A stretch of 64,000 bases of DNA from Sphingopyxis sp. (lineage in GTDB: Bacteria; Pseudomonadota; Alphaproteobacteria; Sphingomonadales; Sphingomonadaceae): positions 2,331-66,330 of the forward strand of contig NZ_JAIBES010000072.1 in assembly GCF_019459305.1 (NCBI RefSeq), in the 5' to 3' direction. Below, one piece after another: positions 31,871 through 42,054 of the stretch. Below the pieces are notes generated by a model that was not told the origin of the DNA, did not search any database, and worked only from the letters and a program-made list of their open reading frames with translations. Both the position numbers and the translations under genes were made by a program. The first letter of the stretch is position 1. Each line of letters starts with the position of its first letter.

Positions 31871-32463
31871 TTGGCCACGCCAAGCCCATCAAGATAAAGA
31901 TCGAACAGTCTCGCCGATATGGCAGGCATCGACGTGAAATCACTGGCCGCCATCGCTTGCATTACCAGCCCTTGCACCATGCCAAGGAACATTGTGGCCG
32001 CAGCGGGGATGTCGACATTCGCGGCGATGAACGCATGCGCTTTTGCTTCCGTAAGCAGGGCCATCACACGCTCGCGATACGCACCCATCAGCGTACGTAC
32101 GCACATCTTGCCTTGCGCGTCGCCATCGCGCTGCAATTCGCCAAACAGAATGCGGGGCACGCCGGGATGGGTCACGACGAAATCGATATGCGTGGCAAAC
32201 ATGGCGCGTAGCCGTTCAATTGGCGTAGCCCCTGTAACGGCATCAAAGCGCGCGAGCAGCGTGGTGGCGGTCCAGTCCATCACCGCCGCCCAGATCGCCT
32301 GCTTGTCGGCAAAATGGCGGAAGAGCGCGCCCTGTGTCACCCCCATCTGCGCTGCAATCCGAGCGGTCGTTATGTCCGCCGGATTTGTTGCTGCCGCCAA
32401 GCCAATCACCGTTTCAACAGTGACGGCACGGCGCGCATCGGCAGAGAGTTTGGTGCGGGGCAT
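31867..32463 (-). CDS. TetR family transcriptional regulator
   Basis: N-terminal HTH TTARIAAQMGVTQGALFRHFADKQAI. First gene of the co-directional exporter array. Confidence 0.9.
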   Translation of the reverse strand: MPRTKLSADARRAVTVETVIGLAAATNPADITTARIAAQMGVTQGALFRHFADKQAIWAAVMDWTATTLLARFDAVTGATPIERLRAMFATHIDFVVTHPGVPRILFGELQRDGDAQGKMCVRTLMGAYRERVMALLTEAKAHAFIAANVDIPAAATMFLGMVQGLVMQAMAASDFTSMPAISARLFDLYLDGLGVAK

Positions 32464-32482
32464 CTGACTTGCTTGCCCCTTT

Positions 32483-32498
32483 GTGAGTAATTAGTCAC
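32483..32498. promoter_or_regulatory. candidate TetR operator palindrome
   Basis: GTGAGTAATTAGTCAC (14/16 palindromic, AT-rich core), 20 nt upstream of the TetR start codon. Confidence 0.4.
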
Positions 32499-32742
32499 TA
32501 TCTTTTGTCGCCTGCGTCGGTCGATGGTTCTGCAATCTTACAAGAGGGAAGAGGAATGTCGGAACCGGAGGGCGGGAAAGGCGTGGTGAGCGGAAAGTCC
32601 GCGTTGACTACTTCGATCGGCACCGCGTCAAGCAGTGGCTTGCGCATTTTTCGACTTCCCCTTTGCTGCACCCGGCCAGATCGCCCCAATATCAGTAGGC
32701 TAGGGCCTTGATGATACCCCGGCCATGGCGGCGGGAGGCAGC

Positions 32743-33972
32743 TCAGTCGGCCAGCCACAGGTCGTGCGCATCAATCCTCAGCCGGGTGATCGCGCGCATC
32801 GCTTCGGTGCGGGCCGCAGCCTCAACCCGAAACGCGTCGTGCACCATGCGCTCGCCCAGCAGCAGGTCTGCAAGGTCGATCTCGCCCAGTTCCTGCCCGC
32901 GGCGCAGCTTGACGAGTGCGGCCATCTGTGCCGCGACGCTTTCGCGCGCGCGTTGCCAGGTGGTGATGCGGAAGCGCGCCTCGGTCATGTCGGCCTCGGC
33001 GGTCTCGGACACTTCGAACCGGGCAAGCTGCTCGTCCGCTTGCGCAGCCGAAGCGCCCGCGCTTGCTTCGCTCGCCAGCGCGCGGCGATGTCCCCCGCCA
33101 AGCGGCATGCTGACCACGACGCCCGCGCCGCGCTCGAGCCCGCCGAATTCCGAGAACAACCTCAGCCCTACGGTCGGATCGGCAATGCGGTCTGCCCGGA
33201 CCCGGTCGGCAACGGCAGCCATGCGTGCGCTTTCAGCTTTGGCTGCGGCGAGCCTATGACTATTGACCACCACCAGGTCGCCAAGCTGCGACAGGCGCGC
33301 GTCGGCCATGTCGGGGTGCGGCACTTCGGGCGCATCTGTTGGCAATGCGAGCGCGGGAAACTGGGCTTCCAGCCGATTGCGGGAGACCGATGCTTGACCC
33401 GATGATTCCGCGAGCGTGCGCCGCGCTTCGGCCAACACCGCCTGTGCGCGGTCAACCTCCAGCTGCGCGGCCTCGCGCAGGTCGCGTTGCCGCTCGATCG
33501 CCGCCAGCGCCTTTTCGTAATTCTCCACAGCGACACGATCGACCTTGGCCTGTTCCGAGGCGGAGAGCCAGTTGAACCAGTGTGCAGCCAGCAGCAGGGC
33601 AGCTTCGTGGCGGGCATCCTCGGCGACATTTTCGGCCACCTCGGCACCAAGGGCACCGATTGCGCGGTCAAGCCTTGACTTGCCCGGCAAGCGGATCGGG
33701 CGGCTCAATTGCGCGTCATATTCGTTGAATTCATTGCCGCCGCTCACATCGCGGCGAGTGTAGCTGCCCTGCACGGTGAATTCGTAGGAGCCTTTGCGCA
33801 GCCCCTCGGCTCGCGCCCGCGCTGCTTCGAGTCGCGCGTAGGCGGCCGTCACGCTGGGATGCTCGGCCAGCACGCGCTCAACTGTTTCGGGCGCGGGCAG
33901 GCCGGGTTCGGCGGCAAGCGGTGCAGCGAGCAGGCAGGCCAGCGACACAAACAGGCAAGCGGTGCGGATCAT
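32743..33972 (-). CDS. TolC/CzcC-like outer-membrane efflux protein
   Basis: Signal peptide MIRTACLFVSLACLLAAPLAA. Repeated helix-rich OEP pattern. ATGA overlap with the czcA stop. Confidence 0.8.
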   Translation of the reverse strand: MIRTACLFVSLACLLAAPLAAEPGLPAPETVERVLAEHPSVTAAYARLEAARARAEGLRKGSYEFTVQGSYTRRDVSGGNEFNEYDAQLSRPIRLPGKSRLDRAIGALGAEVAENVAEDARHEAALLLAAHWFNWLSASEQAKVDRVAVENYEKALAAIERQRDLREAAQLEVDRAQAVLAEARRTLAESSGQASVSRNRLEAQFPALALPTDAPEVPHPDMADARLSQLGDLVVVNSHRLAAAKAESARMAAVADRVRADRIADPTVGLRLFSEFGGLERGAGVVVSMPLGGGHRRALASEASAGASAAQADEQLARFEVSETAEADMTEARFRITTWQRARESVAAQMAALVKLRRGQELGEIDLADLLLGERMVHDAFRVEAAARTEAMRAITRLRIDAHDLWLAD

Positions 33973-36900
33973 GCCGAAACCTCCGAATGGGCGGGATCGG
34001 GCAGCTCCTCCGCACGGTCCCGCGGGCCTTCGCCGAAACGTTCGTAGAGGATCGGCAACAGCACCAACGTGAGCAAGGTCGCCGTCACCAGCCCGCCGAT
34101 GACGACGATGGCGAGCGGCTTCTGGATTTCCGAGCCCGGCCCGGTTGCAAACAGCAGCGGAACAAGGCCGAAGGCGGCGATGCTGGCGGTCATCAGAACC
34201 GGGCGCAGCCGCCGTTCCGCTCCGCGCCGCACCGCTTGGGCCAGCGGCATTCCGGTTTCGCGCAGCTGGCGGAAGTAGGTCACCATCACCAGCCCGTTGA
34301 GCACTGCGATCCCGAGCAGCGCGATAAAGCCGACCGAGGCTGGAACCGAGAGATATTCGCCCGAAACGGCGAGCGCGATCATCCCGCCGACCGCCGCGAA
34401 AGGGATGTTGGTGAGGATCAACAGCGATGCCCGCACCGAACCGAGGCTGAGGTAAAGCACCACAAAGATCAGCCCGATCGCAACCGGCAGCACCACCAGC
34501 AGGCGGGCGGAGGCGCGCTGCTGGTTTTCGAACTGGCCGCCCCATTCGAGCCGGTAACCCTGCGGCAGAAGCACATTGGCGGCGATATCCGCCTTGGCAT
34601 CATCGACATAGCTGACGATGTCGCGGCCCGAGACAAAGGCCTGCACCATCGCAAAGCGCGAACCATTTTCGTGTTCGAGTTTCACCGGCCCTTCCGTGCG
34701 GGTTACTGTGGCGACGTCGCTGGCGCGGACCAGCTGACCAGAGGGTGAGCGATAGACCAGATCGGCGAATTGCTGAGTGTTCATGCCCCCTGTCTCCGCT
34801 GCGCTGCCACCGTCTCCGCGCAGCACGATGGGCAACCGGCGCACGCCGTCGGTGACGATCCCGGCACGCACGCCTTCGACCTGTGCACGCATCATGTCCT
34901 GAAGATCGGACACCGGCATCCCGACCCGGCCCGCGGCTACCCGGTCGATATCGACCAGCAGGTAATCGACCCGGTCATTGGCAACCGTCATCGTCTCGCT
35001 GGTGCCGTCGATGGCTTCGAGCCGCGTCTGGATCGCGCCCGCCAACCGCGCGAGTTCCGCCGTGTCGGGGCCGAACAGCTTGATCGCGAGATCGCCGCGT
35101 GCGCCGGTCAGCATTTCCGACGTGCGCATTTCGATCGGCTGCGTGAAGGTCGGCTCGATTCCGGGGAACTGCGCCATCACTTTGCGCAATTCCCCCAGCA
35201 GCCACTCCTTGTCCGCAACGCGCCATTCCCCACGCGGTTTCAATTGCAGGAAGCTGTCGGTTTCGTTGGGGCTCATCGGATCGAGGCCCAGCTCGTCCGA
35301 TCCGACGCGGGCGATCACGGCTTCGACTTCGGGCACCTGTTCAAGGATGGCGCGTTGTACCTTCAGGTCGCCTTCGACGCTGTGCGCGAGCGAAATCGAC
35401 GGCAGCTTGGACAACTGCACAATCACCGATCCTTCGTCCATCACCGGGAGGAAGGTTTTGCCCGTCATCGTGTAAGCCGCACCTGCCAGCACAAGCCCGA
35501 TCCCGGCGATGATGAAAACGTGGGTCTTGTGCGCGAAGGATCTGGCCAACAGCGCGTGGTAACGCGGCGCGATCCGACGCATCAGCCAAGGCTCATGATG
35601 GAGGCCGTCTGCATCCACCTTTACCTTGAGCAGGTAGAAGGCCAGCACCGGCACCAGCGTCAATGACAACGCCAGTGCGGATGCCAGCGACAGCACGATT
35701 GTCATCGCGACGGGGCCGAACAGCTTGCCCTCCAGCCCTTCGAGCGTGAGCAGCGGCAGGAACACGATCGCAATGATTGCAAGGCCCGCGGTCACCGGTT
35801 TGGCAACTTCGGTCGAGGCGAGGAGGATATTGCGCAGCTTGCTGGTCGAAGCGTGTTTGGGGTCCGAAAGACGCTCGACCACGTTTTCGACAACCACCAC
35901 CGCGCCATCGACCAGAATGCCGACCGCAATGGCGAGGCCGCCGAGGCTCATAAGGTTGGCAGTCAGCCCGATCGACCGCATGAAGATAAAGGTGAGCAGG
36001 ACCGCCATCGGCAGCGCCAGCGCGACGATCACCGAAGCACGCACATCGCCGAGGAACAGCAGCAGCAGGATCACCACGAGCACGGTCGCCTCCAGCAGCG
36101 CGGATTCAACCGTGCCTACTGCGCGGGTGATGAGGTCCGAACGGTCGTAGAACACCGCGACGCTCATGCCTTCGGGCAGGCTCGGCTTGATCTCTTCCAG
36201 CCGCGCCTTGACGCCTTCGACTACCTTGGCGGCATCCGCACCGCGCAGGCCGATCACCAGCCCCTGCACCGCCTCGCCTCTACCGTTCTTGCTGACCGCG
36301 CCGTAGCGGGTGAGGCTGCCGGTGCGCACTTGCGCCACGTCACCGACCCGCACCACCGCGCCGTCTGAGGAGCGCACCACGACGGCCGCGAGATCGTCAA
36401 GGCTGCGGATCGCTCCGGTCGCGCGCACGATCAGTGCTTCGTCGCCGCTCGTCAGCCGCCCGGCGCCGTCATTGCGGTTGCTGGCTTCAATCGCCGCGAT
36501 CAGATCCGCGCTGGACAGCCCGGCGGCGGCCAGCGCTGCGCTGTCGGGCGCAACCTCGAAGGTTTCGGCAAAGCCGCCCAGCGAATTGACGTCGGCCACC
36601 CCCGGCACGGTGCGCAGCGCGGGGCGGATCGTCCAGTCGAGCACGCGGCGCTTTTCGCCGAGCGATTGCTCCCCCTCGATCGTGAACATGAACATTTCGG
36701 ACAAGGGCGTGGAGATCGGCGCCAACCCGCCTTCGACGCTCGGGGGCAGACCCGCCATGACGGCACCGAGCCGTTCGGCCACCTGCTGGCGCGCCCAGTA
36801 GATATCGGTGCTGTCGGTGAAATCGATCGTGATGTCGGCAATGGCGTATTTGGCTACCGAGCGCAGCACGGTCTGATCGGGGATGCCGAGCATCTCCATC

Positions 36901-37109
36901 TCGATCGGGGTGACGACCCGACTTTCGACCTCTTCCGGGGTCATGCCGGGAGCCTTGACGATGATCTTGACCTGCGTGGTGCTGATATCGGGGAAGGCAT
37001 CGATCGGCAGATTGAGGAATGACCACGCCCCCATCCCCGCCAGCAGCGCTGCCAGGCCGAGCACCGCAAGCCGCAGGTTGAGTGCGCCTTCGACAAGTTT
37101 GGCGAGCAT
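33969..37109 (-). CDS. czcA: CusA/CzcA family heavy-metal efflux RND transporter
   Basis: 1046 aa. N-terminus LPIDAFPDISTTQVKIIVKAPGMTPEEVE and 12-TM RND layout. Internal ATG 37109 chosen over the ORF-track start. Confidence 0.95.
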   Translation of the reverse strand: MLAKLVEGALNLRLAVLGLAALLAGMGAWSFLNLPIDAFPDISTTQVKIIVKAPGMTPEEVESRVVTPIEMEMLGIPDQTVLRSVAKYAIADITIDFTDSTDIYWARQQVAERLGAVMAGLPPSVEGGLAPISTPLSEMFMFTIEGEQSLGEKRRVLDWTIRPALRTVPGVADVNSLGGFAETFEVAPDSAALAAAGLSSADLIAAIEASNRNDGAGRLTSGDEALIVRATGAIRSLDDLAAVVVRSSDGAVVRVGDVAQVRTGSLTRYGAVSKNGRGEAVQGLVIGLRGADAAKVVEGVKARLEEIKPSLPEGMSVAVFYDRSDLITRAVGTVESALLEATVLVVILLLLFLGDVRASVIVALALPMAVLLTFIFMRSIGLTANLMSLGGLAIAVGILVDGAVVVVENVVERLSDPKHASTSKLRNILLASTEVAKPVTAGLAIIAIVFLPLLTLEGLEGKLFGPVAMTIVLSLASALALSLTLVPVLAFYLLKVKVDADGLHHEPWLMRRIAPRYHALLARSFAHKTHVFIIAGIGLVLAGAAYTMTGKTFLPVMDEGSVIVQLSKLPSISLAHSVEGDLKVQRAILEQVPEVEAVIARVGSDELGLDPMSPNETDSFLQLKPRGEWRVADKEWLLGELRKVMAQFPGIEPTFTQPIEMRTSEMLTGARGDLAIKLFGPDTAELARLAGAIQTRLEAIDGTSETMTVANDRVDYLLVDIDRVAAGRVGMPVSDLQDMMRAQVEGVRAGIVTDGVRRLPIVLRGDGGSAAETGGMNTQQFADLVYRSPSGQLVRASDVATVTRTEGPVKLEHENGSRFAMVQAFVSGRDIVSYVDDAKADIAANVLLPQGYRLEWGGQFENQQRASARLLVVLPVAIGLIFVVLYLSLGSVRASLLILTNIPFAAVGGMIALAVSGEYLSVPASVGFIALLGIAVLNGLVMVTYFRQLRETGMPLAQAVRRGAERRLRPVLMTASIAAFGLVPLLFATGPGSEIQKPLAIVVIGGLVTATLLTLVLLPILYERFGEGPRDRAEELPDPAHSEVSA

Positions 37110-37117
37110 GGGGCCGG

Positions 37118-38197
37118 CTACTCCGCGCTCATGGCTTTGAGCTCGGCGATGCTGCTCGCCGCGACGGTTTCTCCCGCTGCCAGCCCTTTGGCAATGAATG
37201 CCTCGCCGCCGCCGCGCGCGGCGACTTCGACCGGACGCTTGACCCAGGTCTTGCCCTTGCGGACGAACACGTGGTCCTTGTCGCCGATGCGGGTTACCGC
37301 TGTCTGGGGCACGGCGATCCCCGTGCCGCTCCCGCGGATGCTCACGGTGACATTGTGTCCCGGGATGAGGTCGGGGGTCGCACCGATGCTGGCGCGGGCC
37401 ATCACCGAACGGGTGGCCGGATTGATCGACGGCGCAACCGCGAGGATCTGCCCGCCCACCGGCAGCGGCGCAGCACCGCCATCGGACAGCATAATTTCCA
37501 CCGCCATGCCGGGGCGCACCGCGGGCGCCAGCCGCTCGGGCAATTGCAGTTCGATCTGCCACGCGCCGTCAGCCTCGATCACGAAGGGAGCCGTGATGGC
37601 ATCTACCCCGCCGCCGGTCTCGACCCCCACATGCGCGACCCGGCCAGCTATCGGCGCGCTCAAAGTCATGGTTCCATCCGCCCCCACTCCGCCGAGCGCA
37701 GCCATGCGGGACAGTTGGGTCACGGTGACGTGCGCCTGATCGAACTCCGCTTGCGCTTCATCGGCACGGGCCTCGGCAATGATCCCTTCCTGGGCCAGCT
37801 GGGCAAGCCGCTTGGCCCGCGCCCCGGCCAGCGTGGCAACGGATCGCGCGCGGGCAAGGTCGCCGCGAATCTGTACCGGCTCGCTCGCCCGCACCAGCGC
37901 CAGCGCTTCACCGCGCCTGACCTTCTGCCCTTCAATTACGTAGACCCGCACCGCCGCGCCAGGAAATGGCGCGGTGACAGCAACCCGGGCCTCCGGGGGG
38001 AGGGTGATGGTGCCGGGCACGCTGCCAAGCGGAACGTTATCGACCTCCCTTGCCAAGGCGGTCTCAATCGCCAGTCCTCGGGTAGGATCAGGCGTAGCTG
38101 CAGTATCGCCAGCCTGCTCCGCGAGGGGCGAGGAACAGGCCGGCAATGCCGCAAACACAGCCAGAACGGCAAGGCGAGCGAAGAGGTGCGTAGTCAT
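37118..38197 (-). CDS. czcB: efflux RND periplasmic adaptor (CzcB/CusB type)
   Basis: Lipoprotein-like signal (FAALPACSS), coiled-coil and beta-barrel MFP pattern, immediately upstream of czcA. Confidence 0.85.
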   Translation of the reverse strand: MTTHLFARLAVLAVFAALPACSSPLAEQAGDTAATPDPTRGLAIETALAREVDNVPLGSVPGTITLPPEARVAVTAPFPGAAVRVYVIEGQKVRRGEALALVRASEPVQIRGDLARARSVATLAGARAKRLAQLAQEGIIAEARADEAQAEFDQAHVTVTQLSRMAALGGVGADGTMTLSAPIAGRVAHVGVETGGGVDAITAPFVIEADGAWQIELQLPERLAPAVRPGMAVEIMLSDGGAAPLPVGGQILAVAPSINPATRSVMARASIGATPDLIPGHNVTVSIRGSGTGIAVPQTAVTRIGDKDHVFVRKGKTWVKRPVEVAARGGGEAFIAKGLAAGETVAASSIAELKAMSAE

Positions 38198-38214
38198 ACC
38201 CTGGCCTTTGCGCC

Positions 38215-38257
38215 GCCAAGCTGACAGGAACTTGCCAAGCTGGCAGCATATTGTCAG
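38215..38257. promoter_or_regulatory. direct repeats in the czcB / response-regulator divergent intergenic region
   Basis: GCCAAGCTGACAG and GCCAAGCTGGCAG start 19 nt apart. A third TGTCAG half-site follows. Confidence 0.25.
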
Positions 38258-38299
38258 TTTCGCAGCCTATGACCGGCGGCGGAAAGGGACCGGCACGCC

Positions 38300-38956
38300 A
38301 TGCGCCTCCTCGTTGTCGAAGATGATCCGGAACTGGGCCGCCGTCTGACCGAGCGGCTGCGCAGCGCCGATTTCGCGGTCGAACTGGCGGCCAGCCGGTC
38401 TGAGGCGGAGGACTGGCCCGATGTCGATCGCATGTCGGCGGTGATCCTCGACCTCGGCCTGCCCGACGGCAGCGGATTGGAACTGCTGCGCCACTGGCGC
38501 GACCGGCGGGTGGAGACCCCGATCGTGATCCTCACCGCGCGCGGCAGCTGGCAGGACAAGGTCGAGGGGCTGAATGCGGGCGCTGATGATTTCGTGGTCA
38601 AGCCGGTGCGCTTTGAGGAACTGCTGGCCCGGCTCAATGCACTGTTCCGGAGACAACATGGCTCGCGCGCAACCATCATCGAAGCGGGCGATCTCGCGCT
38701 CGATCCGCTGGCGCGCTCGGCTATGCAGGCGGGACGGCAGCTGGCGCTCAGCCGTCAGGAATTTCGCCTGCTGCACCTGTTCATGCGCCGCGCCGGGCAA
38801 TTGCTTTCACAGGGAGACATCCTCGATGATCTTTACGCGCTGGATGCCGACCGCGAGCGCAACACGGTCGAGGTGCTGATCGGGCGCCTGCGCCGCAAAA
38901 TCGGGCGCGAGCGGATCACAACACAGCGCGGCCTGGGCTACAGGTTCGAAAAGTGA
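38300..38956 (+). CDS. OmpR-family response regulator
   Basis: Receiver (LLVVEDD...ILDLGLPDGSG...TARG) plus winged-helix output (LSRQEFRLLHLFM...TQRGLGYRF). Confidence 0.9.
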   Translation: MRLLVVEDDPELGRRLTERLRSADFAVELAASRSEAEDWPDVDRMSAVILDLGLPDGSGLELLRHWRDRRVETPIVILTARGSWQDKVEGLNAGADDFVVKPVRFEELLARLNALFRRQHGSRATIIEAGDLALDPLARSAMQAGRQLALSRQEFRLLHLFMRRAGQLLSQGDILDDLYALDADRERNTVEVLIGRLRRKIGRERITTQRGLGYRFEK

Positions 38957-40320
38957 TGCGGTTTCCCGTCCCCGGCAGCTTGCGGCTGCGGTTTCTGCTG
39001 GCGATTACGCTGTGGGTGTTGCTGGGCATCACGGCAATTTGGTTTTCGGCGGTCGGGATTTTCAGCATACATGTCGAACAGTCGTATCATGAGGAACTTG
39101 CGGTGCACGTCCGCGAACTCGGCGGACTTACCGAGATTGCCCCAGACGGCGCGATCATTCTGGCCCGCCCGCTGTCTGATCCGCGCTATGATGTTCCGCT
39201 TTCGGGCTTTTACTGGCAGGTGACCGCCAACGGGCACGCGACGCTGCGATCGCCCTCGATGACGCGCGGCAGGCTTGATGAAACCATCGCCCATTCGCCC
39301 GAGATTCTGCACAGCGTTGATACCGGGCCGACCGGACCGGCCATAACCTACGGCTTCACCCGCAAGGGGCCTGCGGGCGAGGACATCCATTTTGTGATCG
39401 CCACTGACCAGAGCGAGCTCGATCGGCTGATCGACAGCTTCACCCGCGACCTTACCTTGCGGCTGGCGGGACTTGCCGCACTGCTGCTGGCGACGGGGTT
39501 CGCCATTATTTTCTTCAGTTTGCGCCCCCTCGACCGATTGTCGCTCGCCTTTGCCCGGCTGCGGCATGGCAAGGCGGAAGAGTTGGAGGGCGAATACCCT
39601 GCCGAGATTGCACCGCTCGCCGCCGATCTCAACGCCTATATCCGCCACAACGAGGCGATGATTGCGCGTGCGCGGGTGCAAGCGGGCAACCTCGCCCATT
39701 CGCTGCGCACCCCGCTGGCAATCATTACCGACGAGGCCGAGCGTCTTTCAGAGCGCAGTGAATGCCGGGCTGCAGGCGCGGTGCTGCTCGATCAGGCCAG
39801 CGCGATGACGCAGCAGATCGAATACCAGCTCGCTCGCGCACGCTCCTCGGCGGGCAAGAAGCACTCCGGGCGCGGCGTCATGGTGCCCGATGTCGCCGCG
39901 CCGATCCTGCGTGCCATGCAGCGGCTGCACCCGGACAAGCAGTTCAAGATGCTGGCAGATGGCTGCAACGGACTGGTGCTGCCGCTCGACGCAGTGGACT
40001 TTGCCGCGATTCTGTCGATTCTGCTCGACAATGCCGGAAAATGGGCAAGCCGGGATGTCACGCTGTCATTTGCTGGTGCCGGCGCGGATTCCTGCACAGT
40101 TCGGATCGAGGATGATGGTCCCGGCATTCCGGAAAACCTGCTCGAACAGGCATTCGCGGTGGGAACGCGCTTCGATCCCGACGTCGCGGGCTCAGGCCTC
40201 GGTCTTGCGATAGCGCAGGATCTTTGTGCTGCGATGGGCGCCGAACTCACGCTTGCCAATGGCGCGCGAGGCTTGATCGCCACCTTGCGCTGCGCGGCCA
40301 AGGGCGGCGATGGCTCTTGA
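38953..40320 (+). CDS. two-component sensor histidine kinase
   Basis: Two TMs, HAMP, H-box AGNLAHSLRTPLA, N-box LLDNAGKWA, G-boxes DDGPGIP and GSGLGLAIA. Start overlaps the response-regulator stop. Confidence 0.85.
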   Translation: MMRFPVPGSLRLRFLLAITLWVLLGITAIWFSAVGIFSIHVEQSYHEELAVHVRELGGLTEIAPDGAIILARPLSDPRYDVPLSGFYWQVTANGHATLRSPSMTRGRLDETIAHSPEILHSVDTGPTGPAITYGFTRKGPAGEDIHFVIATDQSELDRLIDSFTRDLTLRLAGLAALLLATGFAIIFFSLRPLDRLSLAFARLRHGKAEELEGEYPAEIAPLAADLNAYIRHNEAMIARARVQAGNLAHSLRTPLAIITDEAERLSERSECRAAGAVLLDQASAMTQQIEYQLARARSSAGKKHSGRGVMVPDVAAPILRAMQRLHPDKQFKMLADGCNGLVLPLDAVDFAAILSILLDNAGKWASRDVTLSFAGAGADSCTVRIEDDGPGIPENLLEQAFAVGTRFDPDVAGSGLGLAIAQDLCAAMGAELTLANGARGLIATLRCAAKGGDGS

Positions 40321-40767
40321 ATGAAGGACAGACCGCCTGTCGTCCGTTCATGGCGGTTATGAGGCCTGCCCGGCCTCCTAACGGAATTCACGTCAGTAGA
40401 AGGCCTCATGGTCAGCGCGGTGAACTGATGGGGTCGTCTAATCGCGCCGTTGGATGCAAGCGGATTCTGCATTGACCGTATGCCGGGTCAGGGTCGTCTT
40501 CGCGGTCGGCATGAGCCGCCGCATGTTGGGTCTTCGAGGACGGAACCTTCCTATGTGGACGGCGCACTTGGCGAAGAACCAGTGCATCCCATCAGACGGA
40601 ATGGTTCAGCCCAACGGGACTATGCGAGTGGATTGTCTCTCTCACATTTCTCAACTCCTGCTATTGGCCGTTCGCAAAATCGGGCAGGCATGCCAATGGT
40701 GCGCGGTCGGTCACGCCGTTTTCTTTAGGGGAGCAGCGATTCGCACCGGCTGAAGAGGGTAAAGCAC

Positions 40768-42054
40768 ATGCTGCAACGAGTGCGAAGTTGGGTTGGCCGA
40801 CATCGTTTCTGGTCGATCGCAATCGCTTTGGTGGCGGGTCTTCTCCTCTATAATATCCTGTCGCCAGCCTCACGCGATTATGAATATGTGCTCGATACGG
40901 TCGAACGCGGCGATGTGAACCGTGTGGTGTCAGCGAGCGGTAAGGTGCGCGCGCTCAACACGATCAACGTCGGCGCCGAAGTGTCGGGCCAGGTCACGCA
41001 GGTCTTTGTCGATTACAACTCGCCGGTCAGGAAGGGGCAATTGCTCGCGCTGATCGACCCGACGCGCGTTCAGGCGCGGGTGCAGCAAGGCGAGGCACAG
41101 CTGGCGCTGGCGCGTGCCGGCCTGCAACAGGCCCAAGCCAATGTCGCCAAGGCGGACAATGACCTGCTCATCCAGCAGCGCAATTTTACGCGGCGCAAAT
41201 CTCTCGCTGGCAACGGATTCGTATCGAAGGCCGATCTTGATGCTGCCGACGCGCAGCTCAGCGCCGCGCGGGCGGCCGCGAGCGTTAATCGGGCGCAGGT
41301 GTCTAGTGCGCGGGCGCAGATCAGCCAGGCGAGCGCCGAATTGTCGTCGGCGCAGCTCGATCTGTCGCGGACGCGCATCATCGCCCCCTCAAGCGGCGTC
41401 ATCATCAACAAACTGGTAGAGCCGGGATCGACCGTCACGGCGGGTTTTCAGACCCCCAATCTGTTCGAGATCGCGACCGACATCACCCAGATGCAGATCG
41501 AGGCCTCGGTCGACGAGGCCGACATCGGTCAGGTCAAGGTGGGCCAGCCCGTGAATTTCTCGGTCGACAGCTATCCCGACACGATCTTCCGAGCGACCGT
41601 GCGGCAGGTGCGGCAGGCGGCGGTCGAGAACCAGAATGTCGTAAGCTATCTTGTTATCGCCGACGTTCCTAATCTCGACGGCAAGCTGCTTCCCGGCATG
41701 ACCGCCAATGTGGATATCATCACCGGTTCACGCCCGAAGGTCGTTCGTGTTCCCTCAAGCGCGCTTCGCTTCCGTCCGCGAACCGCCGACTTGCCCGACG
41801 AGGCCCGCGACAGCGAGAAGAAGCGGTCCGACGGTGCGGGTAAGCCTGGGCACATGGTCTTTGTCTCGACCGAGGATCCCTATCGTCCAGCAATGCGCGA
41901 GGTCACCATCGGAGTCGAAGGCGACGAATTTACCGAGATCGTCAGCGGCCTGAGGCCTGGCGAGAAGATTCTCGTTCGGAGCAAGTCGCTGAAACCGAAA
42001 AAGGATCAGGAAGACTCCGACAATGAGGACGGCGGCGATGATTCCGCTTCTTGA
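40768..42054 (+). CDS. MacA-type periplasmic adaptor (membrane fusion protein)
   Basis: N-terminal TM, long coiled coil (AQLALARAGLQQAQ...AQLSAARAAAS), C-terminal beta domains and an acidic tail. Confidence 0.85.
   Translation: MLQRVRSWVGRHRFWSIAIALVAGLLLYNILSPASRDYEYVLDTVERGDVNRVVSASGKVRALNTINVGAEVSGQVTQVFVDYNSPVRKGQLLALIDPTRVQARVQQGEAQLALARAGLQQAQANVAKADNDLLIQQRNFTRRKSLAGNGFVSKADLDAADAQLSAARAAASVNRAQVSSARAQISQASAELSSAQLDLSRTRIIAPSSGVIINKLVEPGSTVTAGFQTPNLFEIATDITQMQIEASVDEADIGQVKVGQPVNFSVDSYPDTIFRATVRQVRQAAVENQNVVSYLVIADVPNLDGKLLPGMTANVDIITGSRPKVVRVPSSALRFRPRTADLPDEARDSEKKRSDGAGKPGHMVFVSTEDPYRPAMREVTIGVEGDEFTEIVSGLRPGEKILVRSKSLKPKKDQEDSDNEDGGDDSAS

Noticed and set aside
32498-32647. 49-aa Pro-rich minus-strand ORF with a GGGGAAG RBS between the OMF gene and tetR
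   Set aside because: No family recognised, low-complexity composition, and it overlaps the putative TetR operator/promoter region. Too weak to call.
33921-38224. Multiple plus-strand ORFs (up to 380 aa) opposite the czcB/czcA/OMF genes
   Set aside because: Antisense to an intact RND operon. Biased composition and no recognisable motifs.
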